From: Eledone cirrhosa
Taxonomy: Eukaryota
Assembly: GCA_964016885.1 (NCBI GenBank)
Contig: OZ024754.1
Coordinates: 39,432,001-39,496,000, forward strand
Direction: 5' to 3'
DNA length: 64,000 bases
The notes under the pieces were generated by a model. It saw only the letters and a list, made by a program, of their open reading frames with translations. It made no database searches and was not told the DNA's origin. Each line of letters opens with the position of its first letter. Positions within the stretch are counted from its first letter, which is position 1. Of this stretch, positions 13,720 through 25,164 are shown in pieces. A program made the translations under genes and the position numbers.

Positions 13720-13934
13720 GGAATACACATATATAAGTATATGTGTGTACATGTACATATATATATATACACACATATAGGAATACACATACATAAGTAT
13801 ATATGTGTACATATATATATATATACACACACACACACAGGAATATACATACATAAGTATATGTGTACATATATATATATATATACACACAGGAATACAC
13901 GTATATAAGTATATGTGTGTACATATAAATATAC

Positions 13935-13975
<41 letters not shown>

Positions 13976-14042
13976 AATACACATACATAAGTATGTGTGT
14001 GTACATATATATATGTACACACACAGGAATACACATACATAA
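13515..14042. repeat. Compound minisatellite, about 9 x ~60 bp
   Basis: Fixed core CAGGAATACACATA(C/T)ATAAGTAT with variable (TG), (TA) and (CA) tracts. Confidence 0.9.
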
Positions 14043-14424
14043 TTCCATATAGTAGTATTAATAATAATAATAATTGTTTCTACTTTTGGCACAAGGCCAG
14101 CAATTATCCCAGTGTATTACTGGTACTCTGTGTGTGCGCGCGTGTGTGCATATAATGTGGGAATGCTGAACTTCATGAAGTTGATAAAATGTAATCTGCT
14201 GTGCTTGAAAACTCCTGACTAACCAATGCATACGATGATGATGATGATATACAAACACACACACATACATACACAGAGGCGGAACCGTGGCTGTGTGACC
14301 CGTGGTTCGTGACTCATTCTGACTGAGCGACACATTTGGACTGGAATTTTCTACAGCAATGTGGGCTGAGCAGTCCAGAATTTAATGGCGCTCATGCCTG
14401 CCTACATGTGTGTCCGTGTACATG

Positions 14425-14474
<50 letters not shown>

Positions 14475-14843
14475 TGTATGTGTCTCCGTGTGTCTTCTTT
14501 ACATTTGACACAGGTCAGGTAGGCAGTGGTGACATTTGTTAATGACCAGCACAAACACTATGTCCCACGGGTTCATCAGTTCAGCATGCAAAGGCCAGTG
14601 GAATAAAATACCTTACACGAAGGCAAGTGTTGGCGTGAGGAAGGGCAATTGGTTGAAGATTACTGACCCCTAAGTAACCACACCCAACCCTGGCCAGCAT
14701 AGAAAAAGTGGACATAAAAATGATTATATACACACACACACACACACACAGTGTCCCAAAGAAATTTATACACATTTTGAGTAGAATGCTGTAAAGTGTG
14801 TATATATTTTTTGAGGACACCCAGTATATATATATATATATAT

Positions 14844-14901
<58 letters not shown>

Positions 14902-14909
14902 ATGTATGT

Positions 14910-15026
14910 ATCCAGGGTTCAATCGGGGATAACCACAGTAAGGTACTCAATACATAGCAGAGTATAAATATTCAATATAGAAATGGCTTCTACAGGACTA
15001 GAACTGTTTCATTCGAAGGAAATCAT
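14910..15026 (-). mobile_element. Second copy of the 316-398 hammerhead-bearing element, truncated within the ribozyme core
   Basis: The minus strand reads ATGA TTTCCTTCGAAT GAAACAGTTCTAGTCCTGTA GAAGCCATTTCTATATTGAA, nearly identical to 340-395. Confidence 0.8.
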
Positions 15027-15062
15027 GGATGGATAGGATGAACCCCCATCAGTCCCAGCAAT

Positions 15063-15586
15063 GGTCATGTAGGTGTCACAACAAAAAACCCCAGTACTCA
15101 CTGTAAAGGGGTCATGTAGGTGTCACAACAAAAAGCACCCAGTACTCACTGTAAAGGGGTCATGTAGGTGTCACAACAAAAAACCCCAGTACTCACTGTA
15201 AAGGGGTCATGTAGGTGTCACAACAAAAAAACCCCAGTACTCACTGTAAAGGGGTCATGTAGGTGTCACAACAAAAAGCACCCAGTACTCACTGTAAAGG
15301 GGTCATGTAGGTGTCACAACAAAAAACCCCAGTACTCACTGTAAAGGGGTCATGTAGGTGTCACAACAAAAAAACCCCAGTACTCACTGTAAAGGGGTCA
15401 TGTAGGTGTCACAACAAAAAACCCCAGTACTCACTGTAAAGGGGTCATGTAGGTGTCACAACAAAAAAACCCCAGTACTCACTGTAAAGGGGTCATGTAG
15501 GTGTCACAACAAAAAAACCCCAGTACTCACTGTAAAGGGGTCATGTAGGTGTCACAACAAAAAAACCCCAGTACTCACTGTAAAGG
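15063..15586 (+). repeat. Minisatellite, 11 x 47-48 bp, derived from the RTE 3'UTR
   Basis: Unit GGTCATGTAGGTGTCACAACAAAAAA(A/G)CCCAGTACTCACTGTAAAGG. It continues into RTE 3'-end sequence to about 15746. Confidence 0.95.
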
Positions 15587-15969
15587 GGGTTGGTGCTAGA
15601 AAGGGCATCCAGCTGTAGGAATCAAGCCAAAATTGGTTCTGTATGAGCAAGACATGCTCAGCTAACCTGGCATTGCTCACAACAGGATAACTCATCTAAC
15701 CAATGCTAGCGTGGAAACATGGACATTAAACAGTGATGATGGTGATTATGATATATACATATACATATATATATATACACTTCTCCTATTTACACTACAC
15801 ACACACGCGTGCACTCTGAACAGTTGATTGCAGCTGCATAACTGCAATTCGCCAGATTCATTGAGTGAGCTAGACGCTGGCTGGGGGACGCTGTATTTAT
15901 ACCATATATATATATATATATATATATATAAGAGGGTGTTAAAGTTTGCTTGAAGCATTATGAAATGTG

Positions 15970-16457
15970 TAAAATACGTAGTTTAGAAAGCCACAACAAT
16001 GCAGAGGGAAATCTCGAGGTAGGAAGTGAATGATAGATAAGAGAAATAGGATAAAGTGAAAATTGAGAGAGACAAAGATGAAAACAAAACAAAGGTAGAA
16101 GGGTTACTGTAGTGGAGATTTAATCCCAATATTTCGGGCTCACGCCCATCAACAGGGGAAAGTTCCAAAAGGGGGGGAACAGGCTAAGCGGAGAAAGTTG
16201 TGATGTCGTTAGTTTTAACGACATCACAACTTTCTCCGCTTAGCCTGTTCCCCCCCTTTTGGAACTTTCCCCCGTTGATGGGCGTGAGCCCGAAATATTG
16301 GGATTAAATCTCCACTACAGTAACCCTTCTACCTTTGTTTTGTTTTCATCTTTGTCTCTCTCAATTTTCACTTTATCCTATTTCTCCTATCTATCATTCA
16401 CTTCCTACCTCGAGATTTCCCTCTGCATTGTTGTGGCTTTCTAAACTACGTATTTTA
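15970..16457. repeat. Near-perfect 488-bp palindrome (242-bp arms, 4-nt loop)
   Basis: Arms 15970-16211 and 16216-16457 with loop GTTT. I found only two mismatches (16040/16387 and 16154/16273). This explains the two identical opposite ORFs in the track. Confidence 0.97.
16124..16159 (-). ncRNA. Minimal hammerhead-like fold with a variant core (mirror copy at 16268-16303 on +)
   Basis: TCCC - CTGTTGA - T GGGC GTGA GCCC - GAAA TA T T - GGGA. Stems I and II are intact with a GNRA loop, but the core has U in place of the conserved A6. Confidence 0.5.
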
Positions 16458-16536
16458 TATATATATATATATATATATATTCATTTAAGTTTGTTGGTTC
16501 ACCACTGGATAGAACCTTTGTTGGATAAATTTCGGA

Positions 16537-16600
16537 ATACCTGATGATGTCACCGGATTCATACTATACCCAGTCATTGAAATGTTCATAGTATAATAAA
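16537..16600 (+). ncRNA. Degenerate minimal type I hammerhead followed by AATAAA
   Basis: ATAC - CTGATGA - decayed stem II - GAAAT GTTC AT A - GTAT - AATAAA. Confidence 0.5.
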
Positions 16601-16641
16601 TCTTTAAGAAATTACACCAGTCCAGCCTCCTGTTATTTTAT

Positions 16642-16693
<52 letters not shown>

Positions 16694-17334
16694 TCATCAT
16701 CATCGTTTAACATCAATCTTCCACGCTAGCATGGGTTAGACGGGTTTGTCCCACTTGAGGCAAGATTGGTCGGGCGACCGTGTCTAGCTCTTATAGAACT
16801 TTTTCTGGCAAGTTTTCTACAGCTGGATGCCCTTCCTAATACCAACCATATTTACAGTGTGGACTGGGAGCCTTTTTGTCGTGTCACCTACACAACCACT
16901 TTACAATGTGGACAGTGTGCTTTTTGTCGTGACACCTACACAACCATTTTACAAAGTATACAAAGTATAGAAGCCCATAAATATAGCCAGGTTGTAAAGA
17001 AGTTAGTTTTGCAATCATAATATCACAAATTCAATCCTGGCATGTGACATCTTGAGCAGGTGTGATTAACTACAACCTCACACCAAACCAAACTTTGTGA
17101 GCAGAAAACATGGAAGCCTATAAGGGGATGGTGGGGTGAAGTGAATCTGCACCTGTTGTACCAAAGGGCCAAACTTCTTGACTCATTGGCTCTGCTTGGG
17201 TATTATAATAAAGTTAAACATTTCTGTGGTGATCATCACAACCACTTATACAGTAATACAATGGGTAGCTAGTTCAGTGGATCACATAAATGAAATATTC
17301 ATAGCTGAAATTTACGGCAAGCCTTTTACTTTTT

Positions 17335-17373
<39 letters not shown>

Positions 17374-18084
17374 TCATCATCATTTTACGTCCGCTTTTCC
17401 CTGTTTGCAAGGGTGGATATATATATATATATATGTATGTATATATATATATATATAATGGGATTTTAAACCTAAGGTAAGATTCTTTTGTTATCTTAGC
17501 AATCTTGATTTTCTTTCTAGTACATTGTATGGTTTTCAAAATTATTTAAATTTGTGTTTCCTATTCAACAATGCTTCAAGCAAACTACAACACTCGGTTA
17601 TATATATATGTATATATATATATGTCTGTGTTTGTGTGTGTGTGTGTGTGTATATACATAATTATATACACCTACTCACACTCACACTCACCATCAACAT
17701 CCTTTCACATCCCTTTAACTATGCTTATGGGTTGGACTAATATATATATATGCACATGTATATGTGTGTGTGTGTATATATATAAACATATACACACACG
17801 TGTATGTGTGTGTATGCATATATATATGAAAAAGAAATAGCTTTGGTACTTATATGAATAATAAATTACTAAACAGTAAAATAGTTTTTAAAAAAGACCC
17901 CTGTTTGTTGCCATTTCCCTTATCTCCCCCCCCCCCCCCGCCCACCCATTCTTAGCCTTAAATTGTCCCCAGTAGAATAGTAGATAAGAACAACTTCATT
18001 GTTGACACCAGTTAAACAGTTAAAGAGTTATTTCCACTTGCCAACTGTGACAAAATAAATGTGTTCCTAGGTAGCGCTAGGGGT

Positions 18085-18310
18085 TCACACCTCAAAATTA
18101 TGTACAGGAGCGTCTTCCATGTCAGATTCAGATTCACTTTCGCAGGATTCAGAAATCCTTTTCTCCTCGTCATCTTCGTCTTCTTCTTCCTCTTCCTCTT
18201 CCTCTTCGCTTTCACTCTCAGATCTCTCTTTGGCCACCAATGGTGATGGAGCAACATCAGGCTGATGGGCAGAATGTTCATTTATTTGAGGACTCGGTTC
18301 AGATATTTCA
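18085..18310 (-). CDS. Terminal coding exon F, acidic tail: EISEPSPQINEHSAHQPDVAPSPLVAKERSESESEEEEEEEEEDEDDEEKRISESCESESESDMEDAPVHNFEV*
   Basis: Acceptor tctttttttgatttcag-type. 1 nt + 74 codons + TGA (18085-18087). Phase matches exon E. This is a different frame from the ORF track entry 18012..18281. Confidence 0.85.
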
Positions 18311-18502
18311 CTGAAATCAAAAAAGATTTTAGAAATAAATACTTTAAAAAAAGTGTAATTTCAACAAAATTGCAAATTTTATTTTCCCAAATATAAAAAA
18401 GCTAACAACAATAAACCATGTAAAAACAATGAAAGACAAATACAGAGGAAAAGACAAAGAGATCAAATATATAAAAATATATATCTATATATATATATAT
18501 AT

Positions 18503-18534
<32 letters not shown>

Positions 18535-18620
18535 CATTTTAGGTCCGCTTTTCCCTGCTTGAAAGGTTTTGATGGGTCCTATTCAGCACAGCATATCTCC
18601 ACTTGCCACGGCCCTTTGTC

Positions 18621-18656
<36 letters not shown>

Positions 18657-18719
18657 AATGTGTGTGTGTAAGCCAAAACCGAAGCATATAGGTTCCCCCC
18701 CCCCCCCCATCCCCTCCCA

Positions 18720-18985
18720 CCGCAAAGTGGTCGTGAAGGTGATATGACAAAAAAGCACCCAGCCCACACTGTAAAGTGGACGTGTAGGCGCCACGGGAAA
18801 AAAGCACCCAGCACTCACTGTAAATGAGGTTGGTGTTAGGAAGGGCATCCAGCTGTAGAAATCAAGCCAGAATCAGTTCCTGTATGAGCAAGACATGGTC
18901 AGCCGACCTAACATTGCCCACAACAGGACAACCCGTCTAACCCATGCTAGCGTGAAGGAATCAACGTAAAACAGTGATGATGATA
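18720..18985 (+). mobile_element. RTE 3'-end fragment (others at about 1215-1400, 16690-16950, 19770-20075, 22620-22790, 23430-23645, 26400-26460, 61995-62035)
   Basis: Matches the reverse complement of 20245-20510 (GGAAGGGCATCCAGCTGTAGAAA...CCCATGCTAGCGTG...GATGATG). Confidence 0.85.
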
Positions 18986-19232
18986 TATATATATATATAT
19001 ATACGTATGATGTATGTCCATATGTCAATCATTATTATCATCATATGGAACTCTAAACTCTCAGAGAATCTAAAAAAAAACATTGGTAGTGACGATGGTG
19101 ATGATGATGATGATGTGGATGATGGTAGTGGTAATGATGACGATGATGACGAAGCAATAAACCTGTAAAACTATTTTTTCTTTTTAAGGGGGGGGGGGGC
19201 ATGAGAGGAAATAAGCCGATATAGTCGCTTAC

Positions 19233-19363
19233 CTGTTTTTAAATGAGGGACTTGGAAAATATTCCTCTTCTACTTCTACAATTTCTGAATTAAACCCTTG
19301 AGAAATTAGTTTGGTTTTAATTGGACTGAATTGTTTTTTCCAGGCTGCTGTCCAGGTTCTATA
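19233..19363 (-). CDS. Coding exon E: YRTWTAAWKKQFSPIKTKLISQGFNSEIVEVEEEYFPSPSFKN(S)
   Basis: Acceptor tttatatttcaacag and donor AG|gtaagc. 131 nt = 43 codons + 2 nt. Continues the domain started in exon D. Confidence 0.9.
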
Positions 19364-19429
19364 CTGTTGAAATATAAAGTTTTAGACAGGAAAATTAGAC
19401 AGAGAAATTATATATAAAATACAACGAAT

Positions 19430-19716
19430 GTACATTATATACCTGAATATAAGACCCCAAACAGTTGATTGTAAAAGGGGTGACTTATAATTGAGGTCAA
19501 TATTTTGACGATTTAGTCAAGAAAATTAGTCACAGAAATGTTTATATAAAATACAATGAATCTACTGTATATACTTGAATATAAGACCAAAAACAATTGA
19601 TGGCAGAAGGAGTCCGCTTATATTTCAAGGTCAATACTACATGAATAAGAGTTGGATTTTAGTATATTTCTCAGACATAAAATAGTGGGTCAGCTTATAT
19701 TTGTGTATATACGGTA
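19430..19716. mobile_element. Decayed pogo/Tigger-like MITE with an internal duplication
   Basis: TATAC(C/T)TGAATATAAGACC occurs twice, and the terminus reads CTTATATTTGTGTATATACGGTA. Confidence 0.55.
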
Positions 19717-20244
19717 ATTAATTCAATTTAATCATAGCTATAAAAAATTGTGGTAATTACAATTAGTAACCCATGCTAGTGTGGAAGATAGACATTAAAC
19801 GAAGATGATGATGATGAGCTACATGATCACTTTACCATGTGGACAAGGGTGCTTTACACTGTAAAGTGGTCATGTACATGTCACAACATAAATTACCCAG
19901 TACACACAGTTAATATGGTTGCCTTTAGGGAGGGCATCCAACCGTAGAAACCAGGCTAAAATTAGTTCTGTATGAGCAAGACATGGTCATCTGACCTGGC
20001 TGTCTCATATTGGGACAATTTGTCTAACACATGCTAACGTGGAAAAATGGACGTTAAACGGTGATGATGATGATAGCATAATTAGTGGTTTTAAGAAAAT
20101 GTATATAAGATAGGTGCAGGCATGGCTGTGTGGTTAAGAAACCTGCTTCACAACAATATGGCAGAGTACAGTACCTCTGTGGCACCATGGATAAGTGACT
20201 TCTATAATAGTCACAGGTTGACCATGTCTGTGTGTGTGTGTATG

Positions 20245-22516
20245 TCATCATCATCACCGTTTTACGTCCGTTCTTCCACGCTAGCATGGGTTAGACGGGT
20301 TGTCCTGTTGTGGGCAGTGTCTGGTCGGCTGACCATGCCTTGCTCATACAGGAACTGATCTGGCTTGATTTCTACAGCTGGATGCCCTTCCTAACACCAA
20401 CCTCATTTACAGTGAGTGCTGGGTGCTTTTTCGTGGCGCCTACACGTCCACTTTACAGTGTGGGCTGGGTGCTTTTTTGCCGTGGCACCTCCACGACCAC
20501 CTTGCGGTGGGGGGAGTGGGGGCATATTGTTTATATGCTTCAGCATGTACCCATGGGAGGTCGGGTACCCTGTATTACTGCGTGACGCCAGAAGTCACGG
20601 TCGTGTGTCATTGACTTTGAGAGGTGTAGTTGGGTAAGGTCGGCTTTTATCACCTCATCCCAAGTCATCTTGGGTCTCCCCACTCCGCGGTTTCCATCAA
20701 CTTCTAGTGCTCTGCACCTTTTTATGCAGCTGTCATCCTTCATACGCATCACATGTCCATACCAGCGTAACCGCCTCTCCTGCACGCAGCATTTGATTCC
20801 TCTTATGCTCAGTCTCTCTCTCAATTCCTTTATGCTTTGTCGTTCACGTATATTACTGTTACACATCCATCGGAGCATACAGGCTTCGTTTCTCTCTAAT
20901 CTACGTAAGTCTTCCACCTTCAGCGCCCAGGTCTCACTACCATGCAACATCGCTGCTCGGATACACGCATCATACAGTCTGCCTTTCATTCTGAGGGAGA
21001 AGCCTTTTGCAGCTAGCAGTGGTAGTAGTTCCCTAAACTTCTTCCATCCCGTTCTTACCCTAGTTATTGTACTTTCTGAGCACCCACCTCCGCTGCTAAT
21101 TCGGTCACCTAGGTAGCAGAAGCTGTCTACTGTTTCTACAGGGCCCTCCCAGAGATTGGTGGTACTTGTTTCCTGTGGCTGTTTGCTTGCTGTTTCAGCA
21201 CAGCTGCTGCATGTGAATCCTACATTCTTAATTAAGCTTCCTGAGATCCCGCTACATCTCTTGTGTACCCATTGTTTGCATTTGAGGCAGAGAATGGAGT
21301 TCCTACCTACACCTTTCCTACATACTGAGCAAGGCCATTTCCCTGAGGGGATCTGGGTTCTGTTTTCTCGTCTACTTATAAGGACCTTAGTCTTTGTCAT
21401 GTTGACTTTGAAGCCCTTTCTCTCTAGTCCCTGCTTCCAGGTTTGGAATTTATTCTCTAGTTCTACCATAGATTCAGCTATGAGTGCGAGGTCATCAGCA
21501 TACAGGAGTTCCCATGGGCATCCGGTCTTAAACTCCTCCGTTATTGCCTGCAGGACTATGATGAACAGGAGAGGGCTAAGAACAGAGCCCTGGTGGACCC
21601 CAACCTGTACGCTAAATTCCTCGCTATACTCATTGCCAATCCTAACTTTGCTGACTGCTCCCCTATACATGGCTTGTACCGCTTTCACAAGCCATTCATC
21701 TACTCCTAGTTTTCTAAGAGCACCAGATTACTGCACGTGGAACTCTGTCAAAGGCTTTCTCAAGGTCGACAAATGCCAAGTAGAGTGGCTTACTTTTAAC
21801 TAGGTACTTTTCCTGTAATTGCCTCACAAGGAAGAGGGCATCAGTGGTGCCTTTCCCTGGTACAAACCCAAATTGCATCTCGTCTATATTCACCCGGTCC
21901 CTAATCAGCTGTGCTATAACTCTTTCTGTTACTTTCATGACCTGGTCCATCAACTTTATAACTCTATAGTTTCCTCTATCTAGTGCATCGCCTTTACCTT
22001 TGTAGCAGTTGACAATGATGCTGCTGCACCAATCTTTTGGTATGGCCCCCTCTAGTATTACCTGGTTAACGATACGTGTGGTTATAGTGTGACCTACAGA
22101 CCCAGATGCCTTCAGCATCTCGGCAGCTATACCCGATGGACCGGTTGCCTTCCCTATCTTCATATCTCTGATTGCCTTACTTACTACGCTGCCGCTGACT
22201 TGTACTGCTGGTCCCTCTATAGGGTCTACGTGGGGTAGGGTCTCTTCTTCCCATGCATTCTCTTCATTTAGTAATCTATCATAATGACTCTTCCATGCAT
22301 CTTTCTTCTCAGCACTTGTGAGGGCAAGCTCACCTTTATCATTCCGGATACACTTCTCTCCAATGACATCACAACTATCTCTGACACACTGCCTCGCAAT
22401 CTTGAATACCTCCTGTTTCTGGTCCTCACGTTGTAAAACATGCTTGAATTTTCTATCCTCTGCTTCCCTCCTAGCTAAGTATACTTGTCGCCTAGCTTCC
22501 CTCTTGGTCTCTATGT
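20245..22516 (-). mobile_element. 5'-truncated RTE-clade LINE (RT region, 3'UTR and (GAT)n tail)
   Basis: RT motifs QFGFVPGKGTTDA, FVDLEKAFDRVPR, GVHQGSVLSPLLF, LLYADD, FCYLGD and the C-terminal RRLRWYGHVMR...GRPKMTW. The 3'UTR (20245-20539) ends in short ATG repeats. Confidence 0.95.
20540..22515 (-). pseudogene. RTE reverse-transcriptase ORF, broken by one frameshift at about 21716-21722 and lacking the endonuclease domain
   Basis: ORFs 21714..22634 and 20540..21688 join as ...PRAVIW/ALRKLGVDEWLVKAVQAMY with a frameshift. The N-terminal part of the upstream ORF is microsatellite translation. Confidence 0.92.
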
Positions 22517-24051
22517 AATGTGTATGTTTATTATATGGTAGACCATGTGTGTGTGTATGTGTATGTTTATTATATGGTAGACCATATGTATGCGTGTGTG
22601 TATGTGTATGTATATGTATCATCATCATCATCATTTCATTTTACGTCCGCTTTTCCCTGCTTGCAAGGGTGGGACGGGAACTGATTCTAGCTTGAGCTTT
22701 ACAGCTGGATGCCCTTCCTAACACCAACCTCATTTACAGTGTGTGCTGGGTGCTTTTTGGCCGTGGCACCTCCACGACCACTTTGCAGTGGAATGATAGG
22801 GACCCCAGTCCCTATCATCTCAGTTCTACAGCTGAGTAAACTGGAGCAATGTGAAATGAAGTGTCTTGCTCAAGGAAACAACACATCACTCAGTCTGAGA
22901 ATTGAACGTATATGTATATTATGTGTGCATATATATATATAAGTGAAGAGATATGGAAATGTTTGGTTTGGTGTCCGAGTACGTGGTTAACCCACAGGAA
23001 GTGTGACATCCCTCGTCCTTATTAGGACATCATTCTAGGAGAAGGAAAACTCTGATGTAAAACCTGAGACTCAATGGCAGCCAATAATGTTGACCTGTTA
23101 TTCTTTTGGGGTACCTGAAACCATTGTTCTCAGAGAACAATGAGATTGTTCCAGTGTAAGACCTTTCTTCACTTAAAAAAAGCTTCAAACACAGGCATCA
23201 CTTGCTTTAAACATCTTTCACATTTGTTGCATGAGTATGTAAGCCCTTGGCAAGGCTAAAAAATCCTGTTAGTGCCACCCATGCATGAGAAAAGGCTTGT
23301 GTAATGGCAATTCTCAGTATTATTCTATGTACTATACATGCACCTTTGACGAGTTATAGTGCACCTGAGCACTGTACACAATAATTTCATTATTATTATT
23401 ATTATTATTACTAATAATAATAATGATGGTGGTGGTGGTGGTGATTGCTGAGGAGGGTTCCAAGTAGAATGTAGTTCCTGAGGAGGAGGACCAAGGAAAA
23501 CCTGAGCAGAAGTGGAGAGAGTTGACCTGATGGTGCTGAACATTAGAGAGAATATGATGAGGTGACAGGTGAAGTGAAACTGGAGAAGAGTCGTCTAACC
23601 CACACAACGATTGAAGGCTAGACATTAAAATGATGATAACGATGAAATTAAACGTAAACGATGATTTCTAATCCAACCCAAAGCGTAGTAAAGTCGATCA
23701 TATCAACCTCAGTATTTGACTGGTACTTTATTTTATCAAATTGGCAGAGTTGTTAGAACGTCTGATAGAATGCTTTGCAGTATTTGTTTTGGCCCTCTGA
23801 CTTCAAATCCCGTTGAAGTCAACTTTGCCTTTCATCCATTCAAGGTTGAAGTAGCAGCCTATTACTCAGGTTGTTTCTCCCTTCCATTCTCTGGACGAAA
23901 TCTGTTGTATTCAAACCTGGAGAGGAGATGGGCTCTGTCAGGTTTTAAAAAATACCTTATAAACGCTGTATGTGAATATGGCACCCCTGTGACTGCCCTA
24001 GGAGTTACGAGACCACACTTACATACATTATTTTATTGCTGTGCTTTAGAC

Positions 24052-24487
24052 CAAGCATGTCAAACATGTGGCCAGCAGCCCTTTACAAACACACCTGTGA
24101 CCTGCACAAAGGTTTTTACAGTGCGAGCATGTTTTATCTTCGTAATATAACATTTTTTTAAATAGTTGTAATGTGCGCAATTAGTTGTCATGTGTGGCCC
24201 TCAGACAACACGTGACCCTTGTGGGCCTCAGACAACACATATGTGACCCTTGTGGCCCTCAGACAACACGTGACCCTTGTGGGCCTCAGACAACACATAT
24301 GTGACCCTTGTGGCCCTCAGACAACACGTGACCCTTGTGGCCCTCAGACAACACGTGACCCTTGTGGCCCTCAGACAACACATATGTGACCCTTGTGGCC
24401 CTCAAACAGCACATGTGACCTATGTGGCCCTCAAACAACACATGTGACCTATGTGGCCCTCGGGGTACCCTCAGTTTGACATACCTG
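24052..24487. mobile_element. hAT-type MITE with an internal ~27-31-bp minisatellite (about 10 units, 24194-24460)
   Basis: TIRs CAAGCATGTCAAAC / GTTTGACATACCTG. Exact 8-bp TSD CTTTAGAC at 24044-24051 and 24488-24495. Confidence 0.9.
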
Positions 24488-24628
24488 CTTTAGACACTCT
24501 TTCAGCCATTCTCTCCCTCTCTCAGTTTTTCCGGTCAATATGCGGTTATATTTTAACCCAACTTTTTGCAATGCACATAGCATTCAGCTGTTCACAGCTA
24601 CCCCCATGCTGAGATTCCTAGTTTTATG

Positions 24629-24668
<40 letters not shown>

Positions 24669-24844
24669 CAAGTGAAACATTTCTGTCAACCCACCGCCCT
24701 AAGTTAAACTTAAATAATAACTAACCACAGCTAAAACAAACTAAGAACATCTTTTCTATGTATTTTACGAAAATCTTTGCAGTTTGATATATATGCGTAT
24801 TTTCAAGTGAAACAGATATTTAGAAAGTAATCTAAGTTACTTAC

Positions 24845-24982
24845 TGTTGGTACAGCTCTGTGTCTAATTCTCCCATCTTCATTTACTAGTTCATATTTTT
24901 GAAGTCTTCCAGCTTCAATTTTCCAAACAGGAAATTTATCATAATTTTCCATATCTTTCTTTTCTATAATAAATTGATGTTC
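24845..24982 (-). CDS. Coding exon D: EHQFIIEKKDMENYDKFPVWKIEAGRLQKYELVNEDGRIRHRAVPT
   Basis: Acceptor tgatcttttag and donor ACA|gtaagt. 138 nt = 46 codons, phase 0/0. Globular-looking sequence that I recall as similar to the domain preceding DUF4211 in invertebrate QSER1/PRR12-like proteins. Confidence 0.9.
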
Positions 24983-25164
24983 CTAAAAGATCAGATAAGA
25001 CAAATTTTGAGTTAGGATTGACTACGTGATAATGTCAGTAGAAATGCCATTGATTAAAGCTGATAAAAACTCAAATATTTCCGACACTTATTTCATAAGT
25101 AGTAATTGTTTCAACTTTTGGCACACGGGAAAGGGAAAGTCGATTATTTCGACCCTAGAGTGTG

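Noticed and set aside
15983-16444. Two identical 61-aa ORFs on opposite strands
   Set aside because: A by-product of the palindrome, with a non-ATG start and low-complexity sequence.
18012-18281. 89-aa K/R-rich ORF from the track
   Set aside because: It is an alternative frame of exon F; splice phase supports the acidic frame.
20670-21803. Plus-strand ORFs of 148 and 215 aa
   Set aside because: Antisense shadows of the RTE ORF.
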